Assembly: GCA_005799545.1 (NCBI GenBank)
Contig: SYGM01000073.1
Location: 1,190-65,189, forward strand
Length of the DNA: 64,000 nucleotides
Direction of reading: 5' to 3'
From: Planctomycetia bacterium
GTDB lineage: Bacteria > Planctomycetota > UBA1135 > GCA-002686595
Made by a program: the position numbers and the translations under genes. The notes under the pieces are model-generated. The model made no database searches. It worked only from the letters and a program-made list of their open reading frames with translations, and was not told the DNA's origin. This document shows, in pieces, positions 1 through 7,898 of the stretch (its first letter is position 1; each line of letters starts with the position of its first letter).

Positions 1-1
1 C

Positions 2-1051
2 ACGCGCTGTCTGCGCTGGATGGAGCGCTGCGGTTTGGAGCGGCCGGAGCGTTTTCTTGCGCGCCATCCGCACCAGCTCTCGGGGGGAGAGCGCCAACGC
101 GTGCTGCTCGCGCTGTGCCTGGTGCGCGAACCGAAGCTGATCCTCGCCGACGAGCCGACCAGCATGCTCGATCCGGAGCTGGCACAGGCCTGGATGCGCG
201 TGCTGATCGAAGAGGTGCGGCAGCGCCGGGTCAGCCTGATCTTCGTGACCCACGAGGAGCAGCGCATCGCACCGCATGCGGATCGTCTCTTGCGCCTCGA
301 GGCCGGACGATTGGTCCCCGAACGCGCTCGCGAGTGGAGCTATCCTGCACGCGCGCCGCAGCCCCGGGGAGCGCGGCTCCTGCGCGCGCACCAGCTGTGC
401 GTGCGTCGCGCGCCTGGCCTGCCTTGCGTGCTCAACGGGCTCGATCTGGAGCTCTTTGCCGGCGAGATCGTCGCGGTGGTGGGGGCTTCTGGAGCGGGCA
501 AGACCACGCTGGCCCGCACGCTGGCCGGATTGCTCACCGCGGAATCCGGCACGCTCGAGTTGCCGGCGAGCCGGTCGCGCGCGCGAACGGTGCAGCTGTA
601 CTTCCAGGATCCGCTGGCGAGCTTTGACCCGCGGCGCACGCTCCAGCAGTCGCTTGGCGACAGCGGTGCCGCACCCATGGAAATCAGCCGCCTGTGCACC
701 GAGCTGGAGCTGGGTACCGAGCTGGAGCTGGGTGCGCAGCAGCAGGGCAAGCTGGATCTCGCGCGGCGTCCGGCGGCCTTTTCCGGCGGCGAGCGCGCGC
801 GTCTGGCGCTGGCACGCATGCTGCTGACCAAGCCCGACGTGCTGATCTACGACGAGCCGCTCGCCGCTCTGGATGGGCCGCTGCGCGTGCGCATGGTGGA
901 GCAGCTGTTGCGGCTTCGTCAGGCCGGAGCGGTGGCGCAGCTGCTCGTCAGCCACGACCGCGAACTGGTGCACGCCGTGGCCGATCGCGTGCTGCAGCTC
1001 AAGGACGGGCGACTCGTCGTCGCTCAGAACGACTCGAGCCGGATTCCGTAG
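2..1051 (+). CDS. ABC transporter ATP-binding protein with two fused ATPase domains (5' end outside window)
   Basis: The frame of ORF 20..1051 stays open back to nt 2. First domain: signature and Walker B 'LSGGERQRVLLA...ILADEPTSMLD'. Second domain is complete: Walker A 'GASGAGKTTLARTLAG', signature 'FSGGERARLALARML', Walker B 'VLIYDEP'. Confidence 0.85.
   Translation, partial: TRCLRWMERCGLERPERFLARHPHQLSGGERQRVLLALCLVREPKLILADEPTSMLDPELAQAWMRVLIEEVRQRRVSLIFVTHEEQRIAPHADRLLRLEAGRLVPERAREWSYPARAPQPRGARLLRAHQLCVRRAPGLPCVLNGLDLELFAGEIVAVVGASGAGKTTLARTLAGLLTAESGTLELPASRSRARTVQLYFQDPLASFDPRRTLQQSLGDSGAAPMEISRLCTELELGTELELGAQQQGKLDLARRPAAFSGGERARLALARMLLTKPDVLIYDEPLAALDGPLRVRMVEQLLRLRQAGAVAQLLVSHDRELVHAVADRVLQLKDGRLVVAQNDSSRIP
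698..733 (+). repeat. Perfect 18-bp tandem duplication (accgagctggagctgggt x2), in frame, encoding TELELG-TELELG
   Basis: Read directly: 698-715 and 716-733 are identical. Confidence 0.9.
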
Positions 1052-1755
1052 CGCGAGCGCAGGATCTCGCCGAGCTCGCGGAAGTCCTGCACGGAATGAT
1101 CCGGCTCGATGCCGGTGGTCTGCGGCGTGCGGCGCGCCGCGCGCGCCGACCAGACGGTGGCCATGCCCAGCGAGCGGGGCGGCGCGATGTCATGCTCGGG
1201 GCTGTCGCCGACATACATCACCTCCGCCGGGATCAGGCGCATGTCGGCGAGCGCCACGGACCACAGCTTGGGGTTGGGCTTGGAAATGCCGATCTGATCC
1301 GAGATGAAGACGGCCGTGGGTTCCAGATAGGGGACGAGCCCCAGACGCACGAGCTTCTCCGCCTGCTTGACCGTCCAGCCGTGCGTCAGCACGCCCAGGC
1401 GCATGTTGGCCCGGCGCAGCGCCGCGAAGAAGGGGATCACATCGTCGAAGGGGAACAGCTCCCGGAACTTGGTGTCGTGGTAGGCCACCACGCCGGCCGC
1501 GACGATCAGTGCCGGGTTCACGCGGCTCAAGGAAGGCGGCCGCAGGCGCATCAGGAGCTTGTCGAAGTGGTGCTCGTAGTTGGAGGAGAACTCCGCCAGC
1601 ACCTCTTCGAGCTCCTTCATGACCACTTCTTCCGGCAGGTCGAGGCCGGCCTTGACCATGGCGTGCACCGCGTTGGAGCGGGCCTTGCGCGCGAATTCGG
1701 TGGTCGAAAAGAGCGTATCGTCGATGTCGAAGAGGATCGCTTTGAGCTGGGGCAC
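1024..1755 (-). CDS. HAD-superfamily hydrolase (subfamily IA-like)
   Basis: Motif I 'AILFDIDDTLF' and motifs III/IV 'ISKPNP...MYVGDSPEHDI'. ORF 1024..2016 has no ATG between its first codon and motif I, and its N-terminal ~85 aa look non-protein-like. GTG at 1753-1755 (or 1771-1773) is proposed as the start. The 3' end overlaps the ABC gene convergently by 28 nt. Confidence 0.7.
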   Translation of the reverse strand: MPQLKAILFDIDDTLFSTTEFARKARSNAVHAMVKAGLDLPEEVVMKELEEVLAEFSSNYEHHFDKLLMRLRPPSLSRVNPALIVAAGVVAYHDTKFRELFPFDDVIPFFAALRRANMRLGVLTHGWTVKQAEKLVRLGLVPYLEPTAVFISDQIGISKPNPKLWSVALADMRLIPAEVMYVGDSPEHDIAPPRSLGMATVWSARAARRTPQTTGIEPDHSVQDFRELGEILRSRYGIRLESF

Positions 1756-2028
1756 GGCGGGAGCATACTCCACGGCCTCTTCCGGTTCGGCAAGCTGGTC
1801 CGGGGGAGGAATGCTTGGCGGATGTAAGCTTCTATGTACCAAGTGGTTATGGCTGTGGCTGCTCGCGCTGCCCAGGTACGGGAGCCCTCGAGAGGAAGGT
1901 CCCCGCCAGCCCTGATTTGTGCTGAAAGCGCCCGAAAAAAGTTCAAGATCTAGGATTGTGCAAACATATGGTGGGAGGTTGCAATCTACCGAGCGGGTCC
2001 AGTCCCCCCCGCGCAATCCTCCTCACCT

Positions 2029-3015
2029 ATGAAACTGCTAGCTCCTATCCTTGCCCTGTCTCTGACCGCTCCGGTCTTCGCTCAGTCCAACGTCTCTGAC
2101 GGCGGCTCCCTGCTCGTCTTCACGGAGTTCGACAACCGGGCGGGTGTCTCGACGCTCTTCAGCATCACCAACGCTTTTGACGGGTCTCTGGAGGACGGAA
2201 CGATCGATGTGGAGTTCGTCTACCGCGGTGCGGTGGGGATGTCCGGCCAGCCTCTGGGGTGCCTGGAGTTCAACCGCGTGGTGCGCCTGACGCCCAACGA
2301 CACCTTCAGCACGCTGACCTTCGTCCACAACCCGAACCAGGAGCAGGGCTTCTGCTACGCCTTCGCACGCAACAAGACGACCGGCAAGGCGATCAAGTTC
2401 GACCACCTGATGGGGCAGACGCTGGTGATCGACGGCCCCGGCGCGTTCGAATATTCGCTGGCACCAGTGACCTACAAGGCCGGCTCGGCCCTTGCGCAGG
2501 GCGCGCAGACCGATGCCGACAACGACGGCATCCGCGACCTCGACGGCGTGGAGTACGAGGCCAGCGCCGACGAGATCCTGATTCCGCGCTTCTTCGGTCA
2601 GAACCGTCAGTACGAGAGCGATCTGGTGCTGATCAACCTCACCGGCGGCGCTCAGTTCGACGCGATCCTCGACTTCCTCGTGTACAACGACAATGAAGAG
2701 GTCTTCTCGGCCCAGCACACCTTCCGTTGCTGGCAGAAGCGCAAGCTGCTGCAGATCAGCCAGGTGTTCCTGAACGAGTTCCTGCTGAGCACCAACCACA
2801 ATCCCAACGAAATCCAGACGCTGCCCTTCCTCAAGACGGGCTGGATGCGCATCGACGGCAACTCCGCCTCCTCGACCGCGAAGACGATTCAGGATCCGGC
2901 GTTCCTCGCGGTTCTGATCGAGCGCGTGGGCCCGTACAAGGCCGCGGATCTCCCGTACCGCCGTGGTACCCAGACCAACGGGGACCTGCTGCCGCAAGGC
3001 GTGCTGGGCGACTGA
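2029..3015 (+). CDS. Secreted protein of unknown function (signal peptide; one DxDxDG-type acidic loop)
   Basis: N-terminus 'MKLLAPILALSLTAPVFAQS' is a clear Sec signal. Protein-like composition. 'DADNDGIRDLDG' resembles a thrombospondin-type-3/calcium-binding loop. I recognise no family. Followed by a strong terminator. Confidence 0.6.
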   Translation: MKLLAPILALSLTAPVFAQSNVSDGGSLLVFTEFDNRAGVSTLFSITNAFDGSLEDGTIDVEFVYRGAVGMSGQPLGCLEFNRVVRLTPNDTFSTLTFVHNPNQEQGFCYAFARNKTTGKAIKFDHLMGQTLVIDGPGAFEYSLAPVTYKAGSALAQGAQTDADNDGIRDLDGVEYEASADEILIPRFFGQNRQYESDLVLINLTGGAQFDAILDFLVYNDNEEVFSAQHTFRCWQKRKLLQISQVFLNEFLLSTNHNPNEIQTLPFLKTGWMRIDGNSASSTAKTIQDPAFLAVLIERVGPYKAADLPYRRGTQTNGDLLPQGVLGD

Positions 3016-3056
3016 CTTCAGAGTCGGGCATCCAAGCCCGGAAACGGAAACGCTGC

Positions 3057-3093
3057 GATCACCCAATCCGCGGATTGGGTGATCGTTTGCATT
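3057..3093 (+). terminator. Rho-independent terminator (28-nt perfect palindrome + T-rich tail)
   Basis: gatcacccaatccg/cggattgggtgatc (3057-3084) is followed by gtttgcattt, 42 nt after the stop of 2029..3015. Confidence 0.75.
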
Positions 3094-3388
3094 TGATGGC
3101 AAACCCGCCGGGCTTCGCAATCTGCTGTGCGGGCGAGGGCAAACCGAGGGTGCATCCTGAACCAGAAGCGCATCTCACGACTCGTTTATCCGTGGAATAA
3201 CGGGCCGTCGCGCTTTTTGGAATGAGTGTTTGTGGCGATTCCCTTGCAGCAGGCCTACCCTCGCCTCCGCCTCGCCCTTGCAGGCTGCTTGCGCTTGCGC
3301 ATTTGCGGACCTGATCCCGGGCCGGCCGCCGTTCGCTCAAGTTCCTGCTGTGAACGGCGATCCTCTGGCCCCCCTGCGAATCTTCACC

Positions 3389-6300
3389 ATGAAACTGAAC
3401 CTCCCGCTTGGGAAGCGTCGGCACGCTGTCGCCGCCCTGACCTCACTGTTCGTCAGCTCGTTCCTCACGGCCTCCGCTCACGCCCAGTTGGATGAGCCGC
3501 CCGTTGCCGTACCGCCGTCCCTGAAGACGATTCCCACACGGCTTCCCGACGGTACGGGCGTTGCGCGTCTCGCCGATGGCACGGCCGTCAGCACCAAGCC
3601 CTTGTCGTGGGCCGTGACCGATTTTCAGGCTGCCGTGCGCCTTGGCAAGTTGCTGTTCCATGACATGCAATTGGGCAGCGATGGCGTGATGGCCTGCGCT
3701 TCGTGTCACTTCCACGCGGGTGGTGACTTCCGTCTCAAGAACCAGCTGGCTCCCGGATTTGATGGAGCGTTCGGTCAGCCGGACGGCAGCAGCGGGGGAC
3801 CGAACTCCATTCTGGAGGCGGCGGATTTCCCGTTCCGCAAGCTCGAGGTGCCCGATGACAACGAGTCGCCCGTGCTGAGCGATCTCAACGACATCGCCTC
3901 GAGTTCCGGCGCGTTCAACCAGAACTTCGTCTCCGTCTCTCCGGGCGTGGATGTCGATCAGGGAACGCCGGCGGGCGATGCTACGTTCCGGGTGGGTGGC
4001 ACACAGCTGCGTCAGGTGCCGGGCCGCAACAGTCCCACGACGATCGGCGCCGTGTTCCTGCACCGCATCTTCTGGGACGGGCGTGCGAGCCACTACTTCA
4101 ATGGCCGCAACCCGCTGGGCGAGCTCGATCCCAACGCGCGGATTCTGGTCAAGCAGGGCGATGGCAGCGTGGCCGAGGAGTTCGTCCTGTTCAACAATGC
4201 CGCGCTGGCAAGTCAGGCGGACGGTCCTCCGGGATCGAGCGTGGAAATCTCGCACGCGGGGCGTTCCTTCGATGACATCGGCAGGAAGCTGCTGGCTTCC
4301 CGGCCGCTGCGCGGCGCCAAGGCCCTGACACTGCAGGGCACGGATGGCACCTTCGGTCAGGTGGTGGATCCTACGGACAGCGTGCTCGGAACGCTGTCGG
4401 CCTATCCGCAAGCCGGCATTCTGCCGGCGACGACCACCTACGCGGACCTGATCCAGCAGGCCTTCGACACCAAGCTGTGGTCGGGTGCTGGGGACTTCGG
4501 TGGCTTCACGCAGATGGAGAAGAACTTCTCGTTGTTCTTCGGTCTGTCGGTGCTGGCCTATGAGTCCACGCTGCGCGCCGATGACACACGCTTTGACCGC
4601 TACATGGAAGGTGGCGGCGAAGGCGGCACGAATTCAAATCTGCTCACCGCTCAGGAGAAGGAAGGTCTCGACATCTTCATGAACCGTGGCGCGTGCATTG
4701 CCTGCCACGCGGGTCCCGAGTTCGCCGGTGCCGCATTGAGTGAGCTGCTGCCTGCCGGCGGTGGTCCTGCTGCGCTGCTCGAGCGCATGCCCACCGAGTC
4801 GAGCTTCGCGGCGGGGGACATCACGCTGATCAAGAACCCTCCGGTCGCACCCTTCGATGAGGATGGTGTGCCGGAACCGGCGGATCCGGCCGAAATCACG
4901 ATTGGTTTTGATCCGCGCGGCAAATACGTCGAGATCCGCAAGCCTACGGGCGTCGGCGGACCCGTCGCATGGGCCTTCTCGAACTTCAGCCTCGCGGCGG
5001 GTCAGTTCAGCCCGGCCCTCGATCAGCGGCTGCCGATGACGGCGGGCTCGTCCGTCACGAATCCTGCGGGCATCGAATTCGAAGCCGAGATGCGCATTCG
5101 CGTGCGGCCAGACGGAACGATCCGTTTCCGCGTCTCCATGGGGTGGCTGTACCCTGGTCTGCCGGCTGGCGACTACAAGGTCTATGTGGGCGGGGCTTTC
5201 GTGGGCACCATCACGATGGCACCGGTGCAGCCGCTTGCCGTCTACGACAACGGCTTCTACAACATCGGCGTGCGCCAGACCCTTGAGGATCTGGGCTCCG
5301 GCGGTGGTGTGGATGCGGCGCGTCCGTTCGCACTCTCCAAGCGTGCACAGCTGGGTTGGAATGTCGACGGCGGGTCGCTGCAGCCGCCGGTGGGCGCGAG
5401 CGAACGCCTTGCGGTCAATGGCGCGTTCAAGACTCCGACCGTCCGCAACGTCGAGCTGACCGGCCCTTACATGCACAACGGCGGCTTCGCGACGCTGGAG
5501 CAGGTCGTCGATTTCTATGTCGGCGGTGCGCACTTCTTCACGCAGAACCTCGCCGACCTCGATGCCGAGGTTGCGGGCACGGGAGGCATGAGCCCCGCGC
5601 GCAAGGCAGCGCTCGTCGCGTTCATGAAGGCGCTTACCGATGAGCGAGTGCGGACGCGCAGCGCGCCGTTCGATGCTCCGCGGGTCTTCGTGCCGCACGG
5701 GCATGTCGGCAATGTGGCCAATGTGTCCGACTCCAACGGGGACGGGCTTGCCGACGATGAGTTCCTCGAGGTTCCCGCCGTGGGAGCCGCAGGTGGTCCG
5801 GCACTGCTGACCTTCGAGCAACTGCTGGGCACGAACATCGCTGCTCTGCCGGAAACCGGTCTCAGCGTGCAGGAGCAGGGACAGATCAGCGCAACCGCGC
5901 AGATTGCGCTCTCCCGCAAGCCGACGCACCCGGTGCGCATCCAGCTCTCCGTCAACCTGCCGAACGAGGCGAATGTGACGCCCTCCTTCGTCGAGTTCAC
6001 CCCGGAGAACTGGAGCACGCCGAAGAATGTCACCGTCACGGCCGTGGAGGACTGGGTTGTCGATGGTGACAAGCCGATCACGATCGTGACTTCGAAGGCG
6101 GTCACGCTGGATCTGGGCTATCAGGACTTCAACGTTGCGGACATCACCGTGCAAGCCATCGACAGCGGACGTCACCATGTGACGCAGGTGATCGAGGCTG
6201 AGTCCGCTCAGCTCAGCGCACCCTTGATCAGCGTAGCGGATGCCAATGCTCAAGGGGGCCTGTTCATCGAGGCGCCGGAAGGCTCGGGCAACATCCTGAG

Positions 6301-6679
6301 TCCGGATGGGGGTGCGGGTACAGCCGTGTTCCAGGTGAACCTCTCCAGCGCGGGCACTTATGCGATCTGGGGTCTGGAACTTTCTCCCGCCGCCAGCTCG
6401 AACTCGTTCTGGATCCAGGTCAATGACGGGGTCTGGCAGAACTGGACCTGCTATCGCCGGCCGGGCATGCCTTGGACCTGGGACCGCGTCAACGGTTCCG
6501 TGGATCCGTTGCTGTTCGACCTGCCTGCAGGACAGCACGCGCTCCGACTGCAGGTTCGTGAGGACGGGACGCGACTGGATCAACTGATCCTATCCAACGA
6601 CCCGAACTTCGTGCCGGCGATGGGTGCTCCCGTGGATCTGCCGCGCCGCGGTGGCTCCCTGAGCGGTCTGGGCGGTTGA
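3389..6679 (+). CDS. Di-haem cytochrome c peroxidase/MauG-family protein with large insertions and C-terminal beta-sandwich (Calx/cadherin-like + CBM-like) domains
   Basis: Two CxxCH motifs ('CASCHF', 'CIACHA') and the CCP C-terminal motif 'FKTPTVRNVELTGPYMHNGGFATLEQVVDFY'. Start set at ATG 3389, which gives signal peptide 'MKLNLPLGKRRHAVAALTSLFVSSFLTASAHAQ'. The C-terminus 'EAESAQLS...ANAQGG...RLQVREDGTRLDQLIL' looks like a carbohydrate-binding-type module. Confidence 0.8.
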   Translation: MKLNLPLGKRRHAVAALTSLFVSSFLTASAHAQLDEPPVAVPPSLKTIPTRLPDGTGVARLADGTAVSTKPLSWAVTDFQAAVRLGKLLFHDMQLGSDGVMACASCHFHAGGDFRLKNQLAPGFDGAFGQPDGSSGGPNSILEAADFPFRKLEVPDDNESPVLSDLNDIASSSGAFNQNFVSVSPGVDVDQGTPAGDATFRVGGTQLRQVPGRNSPTTIGAVFLHRIFWDGRASHYFNGRNPLGELDPNARILVKQGDGSVAEEFVLFNNAALASQADGPPGSSVEISHAGRSFDDIGRKLLASRPLRGAKALTLQGTDGTFGQVVDPTDSVLGTLSAYPQAGILPATTTYADLIQQAFDTKLWSGAGDFGGFTQMEKNFSLFFGLSVLAYESTLRADDTRFDRYMEGGGEGGTNSNLLTAQEKEGLDIFMNRGACIACHAGPEFAGAALSELLPAGGGPAALLERMPTESSFAAGDITLIKNPPVAPFDEDGVPEPADPAEITIGFDPRGKYVEIRKPTGVGGPVAWAFSNFSLAAGQFSPALDQRLPMTAGSSVTNPAGIEFEAEMRIRVRPDGTIRFRVSMGWLYPGLPAGDYKVYVGGAFVGTITMAPVQPLAVYDNGFYNIGVRQTLEDLGSGGGVDAARPFALSKRAQLGWNVDGGSLQPPVGASERLAVNGAFKTPTVRNVELTGPYMHNGGFATLEQVVDFYVGGAHFFTQNLADLDAEVAGTGGMSPARKAALVAFMKALTDERVRTRSAPFDAPRVFVPHGHVGNVANVSDSNGDGLADDEFLEVPAVGAAGGPALLTFEQLLGTNIAALPETGLSVQEQGQISATAQIALSRKPTHPVRIQLSVNLPNEANVTPSFVEFTPENWSTPKNVTVTAVEDWVVDGDKPITIVTSKAVTLDLGYQDFNVADITVQAIDSGRHHVTQVIEAESAQLSAPLISVADANAQGGLFIEAPEGSGNILSPDGGAGTAVFQVNLSSAGTYAIWGLELSPAASSNSFWIQVNDGVWQNWTCYRRPGMPWTWDRVNGSVDPLLFDLPAGQHALRLQVREDGTRLDQLILSNDPNFVPAMGAPVDLPRRGGSLSGLGG

Positions 6680-6699
6680 TCCCACGGGGTTTGCCCGAG

Positions 6700-6742
6700 G
6701 CGCCGGCCCCCGCGTGAATCGGCGGGCCGGCGCTTCTCATTT
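6700..6742 (+). terminator. Rho-independent terminator after the peroxidase gene
   Basis: gcgccggccc (6700-6709) pairs with gggccggcgc (6724-6733), followed by ttctcattt. Confidence 0.65.
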
Positions 6743-7840
6743 GGTGAACTGCTCCAGATCCGTGGTCATGCCGCGAGGCGAATGCGACCGCGGATGGTCA
6801 GCAGCTCCTGAGGCTCGAGAGGTCGCGGCATGATGCAGAGCGCGGAAGCGCTCGACTCTGACCGGCACTTGCGGGTGATCGTGCGCACGTAATTGCGGTA
6901 CGCGACATAGATCCAAAGGTGCTGTACCAGCATCTCCCGCTTCTTCGCGTGAGCCCAGTTCGGCCGCACGAGGCATGACATGTTGTCGCGCATCTGGCCG
7001 AAGAGATTGTTGATGGGGAACATCGGGTTGTGGATGTTGCGTGCCTGTCTGGAACTGATGCGCAGGTGCGCGTACTGCGCGAATGCCTTGCGCAGCAGCT
7101 TGGGATAGCTGTGCTTGCGATCCGATACGAAGTGCGGGGTGCACTTTTCGTCGGTGATCGCGAGAGTCTTCTGAAGGCAGATCCAGACGGCCTGATTGGA
7201 CTGATGCTCGCGTGGCGCTGCATCCTTCTGGCGCCGCCGGGCCGGCAATGTGCCCACCTCTGCATGGATGACAAACCAGGTCTTCCCATGCACCACCACC
7301 GGCATCGTCAGCGGCTGACGGATTCTGGATGTCTCAAACGTCTTGAGCTCGTCGAACACATAGGGGGCATCGAGACCGAGCCTTACGCCCGTCGTCTTCA
7401 TGACGTGCTCATGCACCTCAAGGCACTGTCCACCGATCAGCTTCTTGCGGTGTGCGATGGTCTTGAGGTTGACGCTGAAGAGCGAGGCCATCTGGCGCAT
7501 GGTGACCTTCGAGACGAAGAGCTTGAACAGCGGAATGACGAGGTCCGGTCTGCGCAAACCGCGATCGACACGGTCGGTTTGTGATGAGAACCGCCGGTTG
7601 CAGCGCAGGCACTGCACGCGCGGGACGGTGCGGCCATCGCACTTGCGCTTGTAGTGACCGCGGCTGCGCCAAGTGAACGAACGGCTGCGGTCACAGGCCG
7701 GATACGGGCAGTCCTTGGGTGCAAAGGCGGGCATGGAATGCGGTCTCCTTCCACCTCGGAGGACGCTCGCCATCCGCTGCCGCGCGGTGAAAACTGCTCT
7801 TTCGGAGAAGATCGAGTCCAGAGCTCTGGAGCAGTTCCCC
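6743..7840 (-). mobile_element. IS1-family insertion sequence (~1.1 kb) with 16-bp terminal inverted repeats
   Basis: IRL ggtgaactgctccaga (6743-6758) versus the reverse complement of 7825-7840, ggggaactgctccaga (15/16 identical). The GGTGA... start resembles IS1 ends as I remember them. Encloses a single transposase ORF. By eye the element is less G+C-rich than its flanks. No target-site duplication seen. Confidence 0.65.
6766..7734 (-). CDS. IS1-family transposase (InsA-like zinc finger/HTH fused to InsB-like catalytic part, single ORF)
   Basis: N-terminus 'CPYPACD...VQCLRCNRRF' (zinc ribbon), then 'MRQMASLFSVNLKTIAHRKK' (HTH, compare IS1 InsA '...GLNTIFRHLK'). Then 'FDELKTFE', 'VSDRKHSYPKLL' and 'NNLFGQMRDNMSCLVRPNWAHAKKREMLVQHLWIYVAYRNY', resembling IS1 InsB blocks. 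The start could be ATG 7734 or 7773. Confidence 0.65.
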   Translation of the reverse strand: MPAFAPKDCPYPACDRSRSFTWRSRGHYKRKCDGRTVPRVQCLRCNRRFSSQTDRVDRGLRRPDLVIPLFKLFVSKVTMRQMASLFSVNLKTIAHRKKLIGGQCLEVHEHVMKTTGVRLGLDAPYVFDELKTFETSRIRQPLTMPVVVHGKTWFVIHAEVGTLPARRRQKDAAPREHQSNQAVWICLQKTLAITDEKCTPHFVSDRKHSYPKLLRKAFAQYAHLRISSRQARNIHNPMFPINNLFGQMRDNMSCLVRPNWAHAKKREMLVQHLWIYVAYRNYVRTITRKCRSESSASALCIMPRPLEPQELLTIRGRIRLAA

Positions 7841-7877
7841 CAAAAAGCAGCGCGGGCTGCCCTTCGGCAGCCCGCGC
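7838..7877 (-). terminator. Rho-independent terminator of the secretin operon (minus strand)
   Basis: gcgcgggctgcc cttc ggcagcccgcgc (7850-7877). On the minus strand it is followed by tgctttttggggg. Lies 22 nt after the stop of 7899..10466. Confidence 0.7.
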
Positions 7878-7898
7878 CTTCGTTCTCGACCCTGCGGA

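Noticed and set aside
3178-3218. Imperfect hairpin (cgac/gtcg + cgtt-at/ataacg) followed by cgcttttt in the leader of the peroxidase gene; possible attenuator or small-RNA terminator.
   Set aside because: The stem is interrupted by an asymmetric internal loop and a bulge, with only 10 bp in total. It is not distinguishable from chance without conservation or transcript-end data, so it is not called as a feature.
6733-7850. Target-site duplication flanking the IS1-like element.
   Set aside because: The 8-9 nt outside the 16-bp IRs (tctcattt versus caaaaagc) do not match. Shifting the ends by a few nt does not produce a direct repeat. No TSD is claimed.
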